Source of the DNA: Candidatus Magasanikiibacteriota bacterium | GTDB taxonomy: Bacteria > Patescibacteriota > Patescibacteriia > Magasanikbacterales > UBA922 | NCBI GenBank assembly: GCA_014729395.1 | Contig: WJJZ01000001.1 | Span: forward strand, 3,634 to 67,633 | Reading direction: 5' to 3' | DNA length: 64,000 nt | In this document: positions 47,658-57,670 of the stretch, one piece after another | Numbering within the stretch: position 1 is the stretch's first letter | Layout: each line of letters begins with the position of its first letter | Notes under the pieces: generated by a model | Databases searched by the model: none | Told to the model about the DNA's origin: nothing | What the model saw: the letters and a program-made list of their open reading frames with translations, nothing else | Position numbers and translations under genes: made by a program

Positions 47658-48578
47658 TTATTTGTCTTGTTTTTGTTCAGATGTACTTTCATTCTTCTTA
47701 TCACCTTTATCTTTGTTGGCTGTTTCATCTTTTTTATCGTTTTTTTCTTCTTTTTTATCAGTATTACCCTCTTTTGGTTTTATTTCTTTTTCTTTTTTTG
47801 AGCCATCATCCTCTTTTTTATTTTCTTTACTGTCTTTACTATCTTTGGCTTCTTTTTTATTATTGTCTTGACTTTCATCATTGCTTTTATCTATATCCTT
47901 TTTTTCTTTGGAACTTGTCGCTTTTTCTTCCTCTTTTTGTATTTCAATCTCACCTTCACCGGTACTGATTACCAATAAAGAACCGCGAGCACCGGGCAAA
48001 GCTCCTTTTATCATCAACTCATCTTCTTCCGGATGAACTTCTATAATTTCCAAGTTTTTAACGGTCACTCTATTATCTCCCATGTGTCCAGGCATCCTTT
48101 TTCCTTTGAAGACTCTCGCAGGATCTGTTGCACCAATACTACCCGGCATCCTTAATTGATCTTTATGACCATGACTGGCCGGTGAACCGGCAAAACGATG
48201 TCTTTTAACCACACCTTGGAAACCATGTCCTTTTGCATACCCCATTACAGCCACTTTTTCACCCGGACTAAAAATTCCTACACCAAACTTATCACCCACC
48301 TTTAGCTTGTTTTCGGCATCAACCGTAAAATCTTTCAGATACCTCACAGTTTTATCGCCTTTACTGACTGCCTTAAGATGATTTTTTTGAGACTTGTTTA
48401 ATCTAAATACTTTTTGTTCGCCAAACCCAACTTGAACGGCATTCTTTGCGTCTTTTTCTTTACTTTTTACCTGTGTAATCACACAAGGTCCGGCTTTTAC
48501 TCGAGTAACAGGAACAACATTCCCGTCATCTTTGAAAACCTGAGTCATTTCCATTTTTTTTCCCAAAATAAATTTCAT
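47658..48578 (-). CDS. rplC: 50S ribosomal protein L3 with ~100-aa K/E/D-rich C-terminal extension
   Basis: L3 core for ~200 aa, then a low-complexity tail to 306 aa. Confidence 0.9.
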   Translation of the reverse strand: MKFILGKKMEMTQVFKDDGNVVPVTRVKAGPCVITQVKSKEKDAKNAVQVGFGEQKVFRLNKSQKNHLKAVSKGDKTVRYLKDFTVDAENKLKVGDKFGVGIFSPGEKVAVMGYAKGHGFQGVVKRHRFAGSPASHGHKDQLRMPGSIGATDPARVFKGKRMPGHMGDNRVTVKNLEIIEVHPEEDELMIKGALPGARGSLLVISTGEGEIEIQKEEEKATSSKEKKDIDKSNDESQDNNKKEAKDSKDSKENKKEDDGSKKEKEIKPKEGNTDKKEEKNDKKDETANKDKGDKKNESTSEQKQDK

Positions 48579-48600
48579 ATAAATCTAGTTTGTTAGATTC

Positions 48601-48669
48601 AAAAAACTAGAAGGAAGTACTAATAAATATCTAATAATCCATTAGAATTTCCTTCTAGCCTTTTTCTGC
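48601..48669. promoter_or_regulatory. strong hairpin (10-bp stem CTAGAAGGAA/TTCCTTCTAG, 32-nt loop) flanked by A-run and T-run, 25 bp upstream of the rplC start
   Basis: Read directly. Lies inside an unusual 260-bp spacer between rpsJ and rplC. Candidate attenuator or leader structure. Confidence 0.5.
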
Positions 48670-48838
48670 TTTCCGCAGTAGGCTGTATATTGTGTAAAAT
48701 TTTTACAAATTATCACCTCTTGATTATTCGTCAAATGCGGCAGATGTTTTCTCTAATTTTAGAGATCTTATCTGCTTTAAATGCGAATAATATAACGGGC
48801 TTATTTTAATGCAATTTGAAAATTATGTCAAGAGCTAA

Positions 48839-49222
48839 TTAAGACATTTTTATCTCTACATCCACACCACTTGGCAAATTTAGATTCATTAGCGCATCGA
48901 TTGCCTTTGGGTTGGGATTCAAAATATCGATTAACCTCTTATGCGTTCTCATCTCATACTGTTCGGATGAAGTTTTATGCACAAAAGTTGACCGATTTAC
49001 ACTGAATTTATTTTTCTCGGTTGGCAATGGAACAGGCCCTACCACCTTGGCATTATTTCTTTCTGCCGTTTCGATAATTGTTTTCGTAGCTTGATCAATT
49101 ATTTTATGATCATAAGCTCTGATTTTTATACGAATCTTTTGTCCGATTTCCGGTTTCTTTGCCGTTGTTTGTGTGTCTGCTTTTTTTGTATCAGTTTTTT
49201 TGCTCTTTGTTGTCGTTGTCAT
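48839..49222 (-). CDS. rpsJ: 30S ribosomal protein S10 with ~25-aa K/T-rich N-terminal extension
   Basis: S10 core ([16 protein letters not shown]...) after the [25 protein letters not shown] lead. Confidence 0.9.
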   Translation of the reverse strand: MTTTTKSKKTDTKKADTQTTAKKPEIGQKIRIKIRAYDHKIIDQATKTIIETAERNNAKVVGPVPLPTEKNKFSVNRSTFVHKTSSEQYEMRTHKRLIDILNPNPKAIDALMNLNLPSGVDVEIKMS

Positions 49223-49234
49223 AATTTATAATCC

Positions 49235-49279
49235 CTTTAAAGAACAACCCCGCCTCTCTCAAGAGACGGGGTCTGTTTA
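49235..49279 (-). terminator. terminator/attenuator hairpin between tuf and rpsJ
   Basis: CCCCGCCTCTC-TCAA-GAGACGGGG with T-rich minus-strand tail. Only 61 bp between the genes. Confidence 0.5.
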
Positions 49280-49283
49280 AATT

Positions 49284-50474
49284 TTAATTAATAATTTTTG
49301 TAACCACACCTGCACCAACAGTTCTTCCGCCTTCACGAATAGCGAATCTCATTTTTTCTTCCATTGCAACAGGTACGATTAACTTAATCTTGATGTTTAC
49401 AGTGTCACCAGGCATGACCATTTCAGTACCTTCCGGTAGTGTGACTTCTCCGGTTACATCTGTAGTTCTGATATAAAACTGAGGTTTATATCCATTAAAA
49501 AATGGTTTGTGTCTACCACCTTCTTCTTTGGTAAGAGCATATACTTCTGCTTCAAATTCAGTATGCGGAGTAATAGTACCCGGTTTAGCAAGAACCTGAC
49601 CTCTTTCAACATCATCCTTTTTGGTACCTCTTAAGAGAATACCGGCATTATCTCCGGCCTGACCTTGGTCAAGACTCTTGTTAAACATTTCCACTCCGGT
49701 GACAGTGGTCTTGGTAGTATCTCTTCCCATTCCAACAATCTCTATTTCTTCCCCAACTTTTACAACACCTCTGTCTATACGACCAGTGACAACAGTACCT
49801 CTACCTTCAATAGAAAAGACATCTTCAATAGGCATCAAGAAATCTTTGTCCAGATCTCTTTCCGGTTCAGGAATATATTCATCCAATTTATTTAGCAATT
49901 CCATAATTGGTTTACTTGCCTCTTCATCTCCCGGATTTTCCAAGGCTTTCAGGGCTGAACCGCGAATTATCGGGGTAGTATCCCCAGGGAATTCGTATTT
50001 CTTTAATAGATCTTTGATCTCTTCTTCAACCAAATCTATTAATTCCGGGTCACTAACCTGATCGACTTTATTTAAAAATACCACAATATAAGGAACACCA
50101 ACTTGTCTGGCAAGCAGGATATGTTCTCTGGTTTGAGGCATAGGACCATCGGCGGCAGAGACCACCATAATCGCACCGTCCATTTGTGCTGCACCTGTAA
50201 TCATGTTTTTTACGTAGTCCGCATGTCCGGGACAGTCTACGTGAGCATAGTGACGTTTTTCAGTTTCATACTCAACATGAGCGGTAGCAATTGTAATGCC
50301 ACGCTCTTTTTCCTCCGGAGCGGCATCGATCTCATCAACTCCTTTTGTTTGAGCTGATAAACCATGCGCTTCTGCAACTTTTAAAATTGCAGCCGTAAGA
50401 GTCGTTTTACCATGGTCAACGTGACCAATAGTACCAACGTTAACGTGTGGCTTTGTTCTTTGAAAATCTGCCAT
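49284..50474 (-). CDS. tuf: elongation factor Tu
   Basis: 396 aa with [18 protein letters not shown] and NKVD motifs. Confidence 0.97.
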   Translation of the reverse strand: MADFQRTKPHVNVGTIGHVDHGKTTLTAAILKVAEAHGLSAQTKGVDEIDAAPEEKERGITIATAHVEYETEKRHYAHVDCPGHADYVKNMITGAAQMDGAIMVVSAADGPMPQTREHILLARQVGVPYIVVFLNKVDQVSDPELIDLVEEEIKDLLKKYEFPGDTTPIIRGSALKALENPGDEEASKPIMELLNKLDEYIPEPERDLDKDFLMPIEDVFSIEGRGTVVTGRIDRGVVKVGEEIEIVGMGRDTTKTTVTGVEMFNKSLDQGQAGDNAGILLRGTKKDDVERGQVLAKPGTITPHTEFEAEVYALTKEEGGRHKPFFNGYKPQFYIRTTDVTGEVTLPEGTEMVMPGDTVNIKIKLIVPVAMEEKMRFAIREGGRTVGAGVVTKIIN

Positions 50475-50645
50475 ACTATTAACTTATGTCCGCACTATTT
50501 CCGAGTGGTCGGAATAGATTTGTAACCCAGCGGTAATAATTTATTTAAATTTAGTAAATTTATTACATTTATGTAATAAAAATAGACGCTTTTAAAGCGC
50601 CTTGATTATATACTAATTCAAAAAATTCGTCAAGGGATAGCCTTT

Positions 50646-50853
50646 GGATAACCTGCGGATAAATACGACACGGATTTTCGTATAAATTCAGATTTACGGA
50701 TCGTTGAATTATGAACCAATGGAATATTTAGATATACTTTAATATAAAAAAATAATCCTTTGTTTGTTAATGATATACTGGACTAATACCAATCTATCCG
50801 AAAATCCGCACCTGCCTGCCGGCAGGCAGGTTATCCGTATATCCGCATTATTA
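50646..50853. repeat. MITE-like intergenic element, copy 4 (with embedded CCTGCCTGCCGGCAGGCAGG palindrome)
   Basis: GGATAACCTGCGGATAAATACG...CAGATTTACGGATCGTTG ... CTATCCGAAAATCCGCACCTGCCTGCCGGCAGGCAGGTTATCCGTATATCCGCATTATTA. Lies between the tuf 5' region and the 50851 gene. Confidence 0.6.
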
Positions 50854-51318
50854 AATAGGTTCCTCTAAAAAAACCGGATCCTCATCAGGTAAAGGTTCTT
50901 CTTCCCATTCATCAACCGGACCTTGGTCTGATTTATTTTCAATATCATCATAGTGAATGTCCTGATCACCAACACTCTGATCCGCTTGATCGACTGATTT
51001 ATAAAGCTCTGATTCATCGCCGGATGGTAAATCGCTGAAATTTTCAAAAACATTTTCATCACCTTGACTTTCCATTTCAGGTATATCGTATTTATCTCCA
51101 AGAACATCACCCGCTCGATGCCAGTCATCATCAGAATCTAAATCATAGTCATTTTCAAATCCTTCAAACAAAAAATCGTTATCATAAGATTGAACCATGG
51201 CTTCATAATCATCAAAATCCATAATTACAAAACCTGTATCATTTTGTGAATCATGAATTATTAACCTGTCACCGGTTTTTTTTATTAAATTTATGTATCT
51301 GTCTATATTATTATTCAT
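50851..51318 (-). CDS. hypothetical protein: YefM/Phd-antitoxin-like N-terminal segment fused to a ~110-aa highly acidic tail
   Basis: Start placed at the internal Met (MNNNIDRYINLIKKTGDRLIIHDSQNDTGFVIMDFDDYEAMV), resembling the YefM beta-alpha N-terminus. The remainder is D/E-rich. The ORF-track extension to 51423 is hydrophobic low-complexity read through AT-rich DNA. Confidence 0.45.
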   Translation of the reverse strand: MNNNIDRYINLIKKTGDRLIIHDSQNDTGFVIMDFDDYEAMVQSYDNDFLFEGFENDYDLDSDDDWHRAGDVLGDKYDIPEMESQGDENVFENFSDLPSGDESELYKSVDQADQSVGDQDIHYDDIENKSDQGPVDEWEEEPLPDEDPVFLEEPI

Positions 51319-51440
51319 AAAAAATATATTAATTATTATAGCATTATACCTATATATCATTGCACAAGTCAATATCGATAAAATATGAAAAATATAAAAA
51401 AAATATAAAAAAACGAATATCAAAAATAAATATTTATATC

Positions 51441-51470
51441 AAAAAAACCGCTATATAGCGGTTTTCCATT
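51441..51470. terminator. bidirectional rho-independent terminator ~220 nt downstream of the 16S 3' end
   Basis: AAAAAAA-CCGCTATATAGCGG-TTTT, a perfect 14-bp palindrome. Confidence 0.6.
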
Positions 51471-51526
51471 AAATCAAAATCTAATCCTCCTCCACCCTCA
51501 CTTAGTTCGGGTTTCGGCGGACATGT

Positions 51527-51610
51527 AAAAACTTCACATCAAAAACGTGACCCGCCTTCGTCCTTTGGACTTCGGCGAGGCAGGCAAAAACTTCACATCA
51601 AAAACGTGAC
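51527..51610. repeat. two identical 25-bp direct repeats (AAAAACTTCACATCAAAAACGTGAC) in the 16S 3' trailer
   Basis: Copies at 51527-51551 and 51586-51610, separated by a GC-rich 34-bp segment. Confidence 0.6.
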
Positions 51611-51687
51611 AAAAACCAGGTCTATTCCCTCTATATAAAAATATAGAGTCAACGGAAATATCTGCCTTCCGACAGAATAACTCCAGA

Positions 51688-53175
51688 AAGGAGGTGATCC
51701 ATCCACAGCTTCCGCTACGGATGCCTTGTTACGACTTCACCCTGATCACTGATCCTGCCTTCGTCCCAAAATTGAGCCTTCGGGCATTACCAGCTTTCGT
51801 GGTGTGACGGGCGGTGAGTACAAGACCCGAGAACGTATTCAACGCGCCGTGGCTGATGCGCGTTTACTAGCGATTCCAACTTCATGAAGGCGAATTGCAG
51901 CCTTCAATCCGAACTGAGACCGGTTTTGTGGGATTAGCTCCACCTTGCGGCTTGGCTGCCCATTGTACCGGCCATTGTATCATGTGTGTAGCCCTGGACG
52001 TAAGAGCCATGCTGATTTGACGTCGTCCCCACCTTCCTCCTCGTTGCCAAGGCAGTCTCCTGTGTACATTTAACACAGAATGGGGGTTGCGCTCGTTACC
52101 CGACTTAACGGTACACCTCACGGCACGAGCTGACGGCAACCATGCAGCACCTGTGTAGCACCCTCGAAGGCGGCCTCTATTTCTAGAGGCTTGCAGCTAC
52201 ATGTCAAGTCCAGGTAAGGTTCGCCGCGTATCATCGAATTAAACCACATGATCCACCGCTTGTGCGGGTCCCCGTCTATTCCTTTGAGTTTTAATCTTGC
52301 GATCGTACTCCCCAGGCGGCGCACTTAACGCGTTAGCTTTTTTTAAGCGGCACTGAGAGGGTCGATACTCTCAATACCTAGTGCGCATCGTTTACAGCGT
52401 GGACTACTGGGGTATCTAATCCCATTCGCTACCCACGCTTTCGTCCATGAGTGTCAGGCACGTTCTAGCAAGCTGCCTTCGCCTTTGGTGTTCCTATCGA
52501 TATCAGCGCTTATTACGACTACACCGATAGTTCCGCTTGCCTCTTCCGGCCTCTAGCCTACCAGTATTAATGGCAGTCTCGGAGTTAAGCCCCGAGATTT
52601 GACCATTAACTTATGTAGGCCACCTGCGGACCCTTTACGCCCAATAAATCCGGACAACGTTTGGGGTCTCTGTATTACCGAGGCTTCTGGCACAGAGTTA
52701 GCCACCCCTTATTCCTCAGGTACCGTCACGAATTCTTCCCTGAGAAAAGCAGTTTACACCCCGAAGGGCGTCTTCCTGCACGCGGCGTCGCTCCATCACC
52801 CTTTCGGGCATTGTGGAATATTCTTGACTGCAGCCTCCCGTAGGAGTCTGGGCAGTGTCTCAGTCCCAGTGAGGCAGGTCACGCTCTCACGCCTGCTACT
52901 GATCATTGCCTTGGTAGGCCATTACCCTACCAACAAGCTAATCAGACATAGGCCCCTCTTTGAGCCCCGGAGGATTTATTCTATTCTCTTGAGAAAATAG
53001 AAACTATCGGGTATTAATCCCTGTTTCCAAGGGCTATCCCCGTCTCAAAGGTAGGTTACCAGTGTGTTACTCACCCGTTTGCCGGTCCGTATCCCAACCG
53101 AAGCTGGGCCGATCCCTCGACTTGCATGCCTTAGACACGCCGCCAACGTTCGTCCTGAGCCAGGATCAAACTCTC
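51688..53175 (-). rRNA. rrs: 16S ribosomal RNA (complete, ~1.49 kb, no insertions), not linked to 23S/5S in this window
   Basis: Minus-strand 5' end GAGAGTTTGATCCTGGCTCAGGACGAACG (rc of 53147-53175). 3' end ...GTCGTAACAAGGCATCCGTAGCGGAAGCTGTGGATGGATCACCTCCTTT (rc of 51688-51735). Internal conserved blocks such as GGATTAGATACCCCAGTAGTCC are present. Confidence 0.92.
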
Positions 53176-53601
53176 AATTAAGATGAGCTAAGCGAGTCTT
53201 AATTGACCCTGAGCGAGTTCCGACGAAGTCGGAACGAGCCGAAGGGTTTTAATATTCGCTAAGCTCAATGATGTTAAAACTGTTTAAAACAATTTTAACA
53301 TGAGAATTTTATCCCTTTAATTAAAAAGGTTTATTTTAAGTACTTTTTTTTGAAATAGACTCTGGATGTTTTTGTCACATTTCTAATGTGAACCTTACTT
53401 ATGTATTGCATATTTCAATTTGATTGGTTTTTATGCAATTGTATATTGGTTGCTAAATTGTAAAGAATTGATTCCTTCCAAGAAAAAAAGAGGAACCTGC
53501 TTTACTTCCTGAAAACTATCAAGAAATAAATTTGGTTACTCTTTTCCTAGTATCCCATTTTGGGGACTGGGGAAAACATAAATTGTTGCATTAGTAAAAA
53601 G

Positions 53602-53630
53602 ATTATATACATAAATATATAATATGTCAA
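53602..53630 (-). promoter_or_regulatory. perfect sigma70-consensus promoter ~430 bp upstream of the 16S 5' end
   Basis: The minus-strand reading is TTGACATATTATATATTTATGTATATAAT (TTGACA-N17-TATAAT). Confidence 0.55.
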
Positions 53631-53739
53631 GAGGATAATATGGGGAAGATATGGGGATAAAAAAATGTCTAATATCTATTTCATCCAATAACCAATAAAA
53701 ATCTAATGACTAAAATTAAACATTTTTAAATTAGATATT

Positions 53740-54468
53740 TTAAAACTGTTTTTTCCGCCACTCTTCTACCCGCCTATGATCTCCCGAAAGCAAAACGTCC
53801 GGTACTTTCCAACCCTTAAAATTTGCCGGTTTGGTGTATTGCGAATATTCTTTTTGCGTCTCGGATTGCTGCTTGCTGCTTGCTACTGGCTGCCGAAGTC
53901 CAAACGTCTCTTCATCCAGTGAGGCCGGATTACCAAGCATCCCCGGAACTAAACGGGACACAGCTTCAATAATTACCAGAGCTCCAAGTTCTCCACCGGC
54001 TAAAACGTAAGGTCCGATTGAAATTTCTTCGTCCACCATATGGTCAACCACGCGCTGATCAACTCCCTCATAACGACCGGATACGAAAGTTATTTCATCA
54101 AGCTTGGAAAATTTTTCCGCCATTTCTTGATTAAATTGTTTGCCGCGAGGAGATAACAAAAATGTTCTTTTTTTCTTTTTCAAACTACCATTAAATACTT
54201 TTTTTATTTTTGTAAGCCCATCTACTTTTCTAAAAGGGATTGCATCAATGCTTTTTAAAGCTTTATAAATTGGCTCCGGCTTCATTACCATGCCCGGACC
54301 ACCACCATAAGGTGTATCATCAACGCTTTTATGCTTATCTTCTGTAAAGTCACGCAGATTGATCGAATTAATTTCGATCAATTTATTTTCTTGGGCACGC
54401 TTAAGAATACTCTCGCTGCAGTATTGAGTTATTAAATCGGGAAAAATTGTGATTATGTTGAATTTCAT
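53740..54468 (-). CDS. trmD: tRNA (guanine37-N1)-methyltransferase
   Basis: MKFNIITIFPDL...DDTPYGGGPGMVMKPEP... is the TrmD SPOUT fold. C-terminal extension. Confidence 0.9.
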   Translation of the reverse strand: MKFNIITIFPDLITQYCSESILKRAQENKLIEINSINLRDFTEDKHKSVDDTPYGGGPGMVMKPEPIYKALKSIDAIPFRKVDGLTKIKKVFNGSLKKKKRTFLLSPRGKQFNQEMAEKFSKLDEITFVSGRYEGVDQRVVDHMVDEEISIGPYVLAGGELGALVIIEAVSRLVPGMLGNPASLDEETFGLRQPVASSKQQSETQKEYSQYTKPANFKGWKVPDVLLSGDHRRVEEWRKKQF

Positions 54469-54477
54469 ATTTTAACA

Positions 54478-54527
54478 GTTCTTCCCGCCCTTCGCGAAGG
54501 GCGAGATTGGCTGTGAACTGTTCACTA
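54478..54527. repeat. nested palindrome ACAGTTC-TTCCCGCCCTTCGCGAAGGGCGAGATTGG-CTGTGAACTGT between the methyltransferase gene and trmD
   Basis: Inner perfect 18-bp palindrome CGCCCTTCGCGAAGGGCG. Outer 7-bp arms. Likely terminator or REP-like element. Confidence 0.5.
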
Positions 54528-54536
54528 CTTACTGTT

Positions 54537-55487
54537 TTACTTCTCAAACAAAAACTGCCCAACTCCATTACATTCTTTAGCGATAAATTTAAAATTTCTC
54601 TCCTCAAAAAAATTAACCAAACCGTCAGCATCATAAACCCTAATGGTAATAAGATCAACAATTGTACCGGGCAATAAGGTTACGGTTCTACCATCAAAAC
54701 AAACCACTGTCTTTTTTAAAATCTTAAAGCGAAAAATAAACTTTAAATCATTTAAATTTTCTTCTTTAATCATAGAAAGAAACATCTCCCCATTTTCATA
54801 AGGTATACCAATCTCTTTCAAAGGGCGGAAATAAAAATCACGTCTTACATCTTGATCCAGATACTTCAAGTATCTTTCGAACAATAACATATCACCTTTT
54901 TCATTAATTTCACTTCTAACAGCCACTTCCATCCACAGTTTGTCTCCTTTTTCCAGCATATCGTACAAAATATCAGCCATATAGTCTTGCTCCACATTAC
55001 CAAAAGTACAGCCCAAAAAAGCATAAACCTTTACATCAAAGTCAGCCAATTCATGCTTTAATTTTTTTATAAAATCCTCTTTGCTGAAATCCGCACACAA
55101 TAATTTATAATCAAATTTACTTTCAGACAAATTCTTTTCAGCTAATTCAATCATACCTTCAGAAGAGTCCACCCCAAATAATTTAAAATTAAAACCGTCT
55201 TTATAAAATCTTCCAAATATATCTTTTTCCTTTCCGGCATTTCCACAACCTAAACTTATTACAGCAACTTTTTTATCCTTGTTTTTGCAGCAATTTCTTC
55301 TTAAAAACGGATAATACTTTTCCTTTAGCGCCAAAAGGTGGGGTTTTTTTGCAGGAGAAAGATCATAATACATACAAGCACCTTTATCCACATAAAAAGC
55401 CGTTTGCTTAAAAACTTTAAATTCCTTGAAATGCTTGTAAATTTCTTTTTTCAATTCCTGCTCAGAATTGAATTTGCTTATTTTCAT
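54537..55487 (-). CDS. SAM-dependent methyltransferase, EgtD-like (Methyltransf_33-type) by motif
   Basis: KVAVISLGCGNAGKE (motif I) and VYAFLGCTFGNVEQD resemble the histidine-Nalpha-methyltransferase family. Assignment is tentative. Confidence 0.4.
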   Translation of the reverse strand: MKISKFNSEQELKKEIYKHFKEFKVFKQTAFYVDKGACMYYDLSPAKKPHLLALKEKYYPFLRRNCCKNKDKKVAVISLGCGNAGKEKDIFGRFYKDGFNFKLFGVDSSEGMIELAEKNLSESKFDYKLLCADFSKEDFIKKLKHELADFDVKVYAFLGCTFGNVEQDYMADILYDMLEKGDKLWMEVAVRSEINEKGDMLLFERYLKYLDQDVRRDFYFRPLKEIGIPYENGEMFLSMIKEENLNDLKFIFRFKILKKTVVCFDGRTVTLLPGTIVDLITIRVYDADGLVNFFEERNFKFIAKECNGVGQFLFEK

Positions 55488-55574
55488 AATATTTGCAATT
55501 AATAAATTTTGTTAATTGGGTGATCAGGCAATTGGATAACTTGAATAGAAAAACCCAATTATCTAATCATCCAA

Positions 55575-56468
55575 TTATTGACCCTCATAAGAGGATATCC
55601 CAAGTTTTACATTGTCAATCACTACACCTTGTTTAAATTGAAAAGCAGCATTAAACCAATCTCTATTTCCCGAAATAGATAAAAAACGGATCTTGCCTTG
55701 CAATGAATCCGTTTCACAAATTTTTTTAAATGTATCAAAATCTGAAATTTTCCAGATAATATTGGCCGTATCACCGTAAATTAGACCGAACATACCTTCA
55801 CTAAAGGTTTCAAACGACTCATTAATTAAAGCTCGCTTTGCCTGTTGGGGAGATTGTAAATTATTCTTTTTAATATATTTCTCATATAAATTTTGCGCTT
55901 TCTTTACTGAAACACTCTCATCATACTTAAGTATTCTACGCAAAGGTCTGTATATTGCTTGTGTCTCAAAGGCCATTCTTACCTGTTTTTTGTGTTTAAG
56001 GTAATTAATCGTTTTCAAATTATTTTCCCTGTCAGCTATTTTTAAAAGTAAAACCCGGACGTCTTTTCTTCCCGCCCAAAGCAAACGCTCCACCTTACTT
56101 TCAAAAATTTTGTCCGGATATTCAAAAAAATCAATTAACCTTTTGGTATTTGCGTCAACAATAAAACCAGCTTCCCTGCCAAATTTATTATAAATATCTT
56201 CTCGTGATACTTCCTCACAATCTTCCACCACATCATGAAGTAAAGCCGCTACTGTCAACTGAATATCATTGTATTTGTTATGAAGCTTTATCGCAATCGC
56301 TATCGGGTGAACAATATAGGGATCACCGGATTTACGAAATTGACAATCATGCGACGAAATAGCAAAATCAAAAGCTTGTTTTATTTTTTCAGCTTTTTCC
56401 ACAGACAATTGACTGATTATATCCTTTAGCTTTTTCTCATTCAGATTGTATAAGTCTTTTTTGTCCAT
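55575..56468 (-). CDS. HD-domain protein of the RelA/SpoT hydrolase type (small alarmone hydrolase-like)
   Basis: HPIAIAIKLHNKYNDIQLTVAALLHDVVEDC is the (p)ppGpp hydrolase HD motif. No synthetase domain. Confidence 0.65.
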   Translation of the reverse strand: MDKKDLYNLNEKKLKDIISQLSVEKAEKIKQAFDFAISSHDCQFRKSGDPYIVHPIAIAIKLHNKYNDIQLTVAALLHDVVEDCEEVSREDIYNKFGREAGFIVDANTKRLIDFFEYPDKIFESKVERLLWAGRKDVRVLLLKIADRENNLKTINYLKHKKQVRMAFETQAIYRPLRRILKYDESVSVKKAQNLYEKYIKKNNLQSPQQAKRALINESFETFSEGMFGLIYGDTANIIWKISDFDTFKKICETDSLQGKIRFLSISGNRDWFNAAFQFKQGVVIDNVKLGISSYEGQ

Positions 56469-56509
56469 AAATATCCCAATTAAGATATTTAATACTATAA
56501 TAGAAAAAT

Positions 56510-57586
56510 TTAATTATGTAAAGCCAAATTTAATGCTATTTTAGCTAAATTTTCCAAATCGCTAACCTTGAGCTCTTCTTCCATACTATGAGAATATTTG
56601 GACCCATCAGCTAAATTCAGTATTTTTATGCCTTTATCATAAAAAATATTAGCATCAAAGCAGCCATAAACTTTCATAGTTTTTGACGAAATGTTCATCT
56701 CATCCATAATTTTTTTTGCCCTGACAACCAGTTCATCATTTTCACCGAATATGAAACCGGGATTTTCTTGTAATGTTTTATATTCAATATTACCGCCAAA
56801 TAATTTTGCTTTTAAATCAAATATATCTATGATTTTATCAGTATTTGACCTGGCTTTTTCTTCATAAAAACTTCTCACCTCACCTTTTAAAACCAACTCA
56901 CCCGGAATAGTATTTCTAACATGACCGCCCTCCAGTGTTCCAATATTGCAAATCGTATCATTATCAACCCTTCCTAATGTAATTTCTTTAAGCGCTTCAT
57001 GAAATATATTCAGTGCATTTACCGCTTTTTCAGGTACACTGGCGTGATTGGCACGTCCCAATATTTTTATATCAAAACGATAATAAAAAGGTGATCCGAT
57101 AATTATTCCACCAATGGGATTACTGGAATCAAAAGAAAAACCGCTTTTTGCTCTTAACATTGAATAATCTAAATTCACAGCCCCCCAATTGGCGGTTTCT
57201 TCACTCAAGGTAAAGACTAAATCCAAAGGTTTGGCAATCAAATTATTTTCTTTGATAACTTGTAAAATTTCCAAAACAGCGGCTACAGCATTCTTGTTGT
57301 CCGCTCCCAAAATTGTTTTACCACGACTTTTGATAAGACCGTTTTCAACAATCGGTTCAATTCCTCTTCCGGGCTCCACTGTATCCAAATGTACTGCCAG
57401 AACAATAGGCTCTCCATCTCCATCCGTATGAGCGATTACATTACCAAAACTATCTTTTTCATATTTAATATTCAAATCGTCCAGGCGTTTTATAATATCG
57501 ACTACCATCTCCCCTTCTTCACCGGAGGGGCTATCAATCCGAACAATCTCCAAAAATGTATTAACCAGTCTTTCTGTGTTTATCAT
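56510..57586 (-). CDS. M20 family metallopeptidase (PepT-like)
   Basis: HLDTV and GADNKNAVA motifs. 358 aa. Confidence 0.6.
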   Translation of the reverse strand: MINTERLVNTFLEIVRIDSPSGEEGEMVVDIIKRLDDLNIKYEKDSFGNVIAHTDGDGEPIVLAVHLDTVEPGRGIEPIVENGLIKSRGKTILGADNKNAVAAVLEILQVIKENNLIAKPLDLVFTLSEETANWGAVNLDYSMLRAKSGFSFDSSNPIGGIIIGSPFYYRFDIKILGRANHASVPEKAVNALNIFHEALKEITLGRVDNDTICNIGTLEGGHVRNTIPGELVLKGEVRSFYEEKARSNTDKIIDIFDLKAKLFGGNIEYKTLQENPGFIFGENDELVVRAKKIMDEMNISSKTMKVYGCFDANIFYDKGIKILNLADGSKYSHSMEEELKVSDLENLAKIALNLALHN

Positions 57587-57670
57587 AAAAAATATTATTA
57601 ATTATGTTAATGATTATATAAATTTTTAGGCCGGCCGGCAATATTTCTATTACCGACCGACCCTGAAATC

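Noticed and set aside
51882-53000. ORFs 51882-52139, 52118-52324, 52599-53000 and 52661-52843
   Set aside because: They fall inside the 16S rRNA gene.
51424-53739. Linked 23S/5S genes or a 16S-23S spacer with tRNAs
   Set aside because: 16S is followed by a terminator and a protein-coding gene. No 23S-like sequence in the window.
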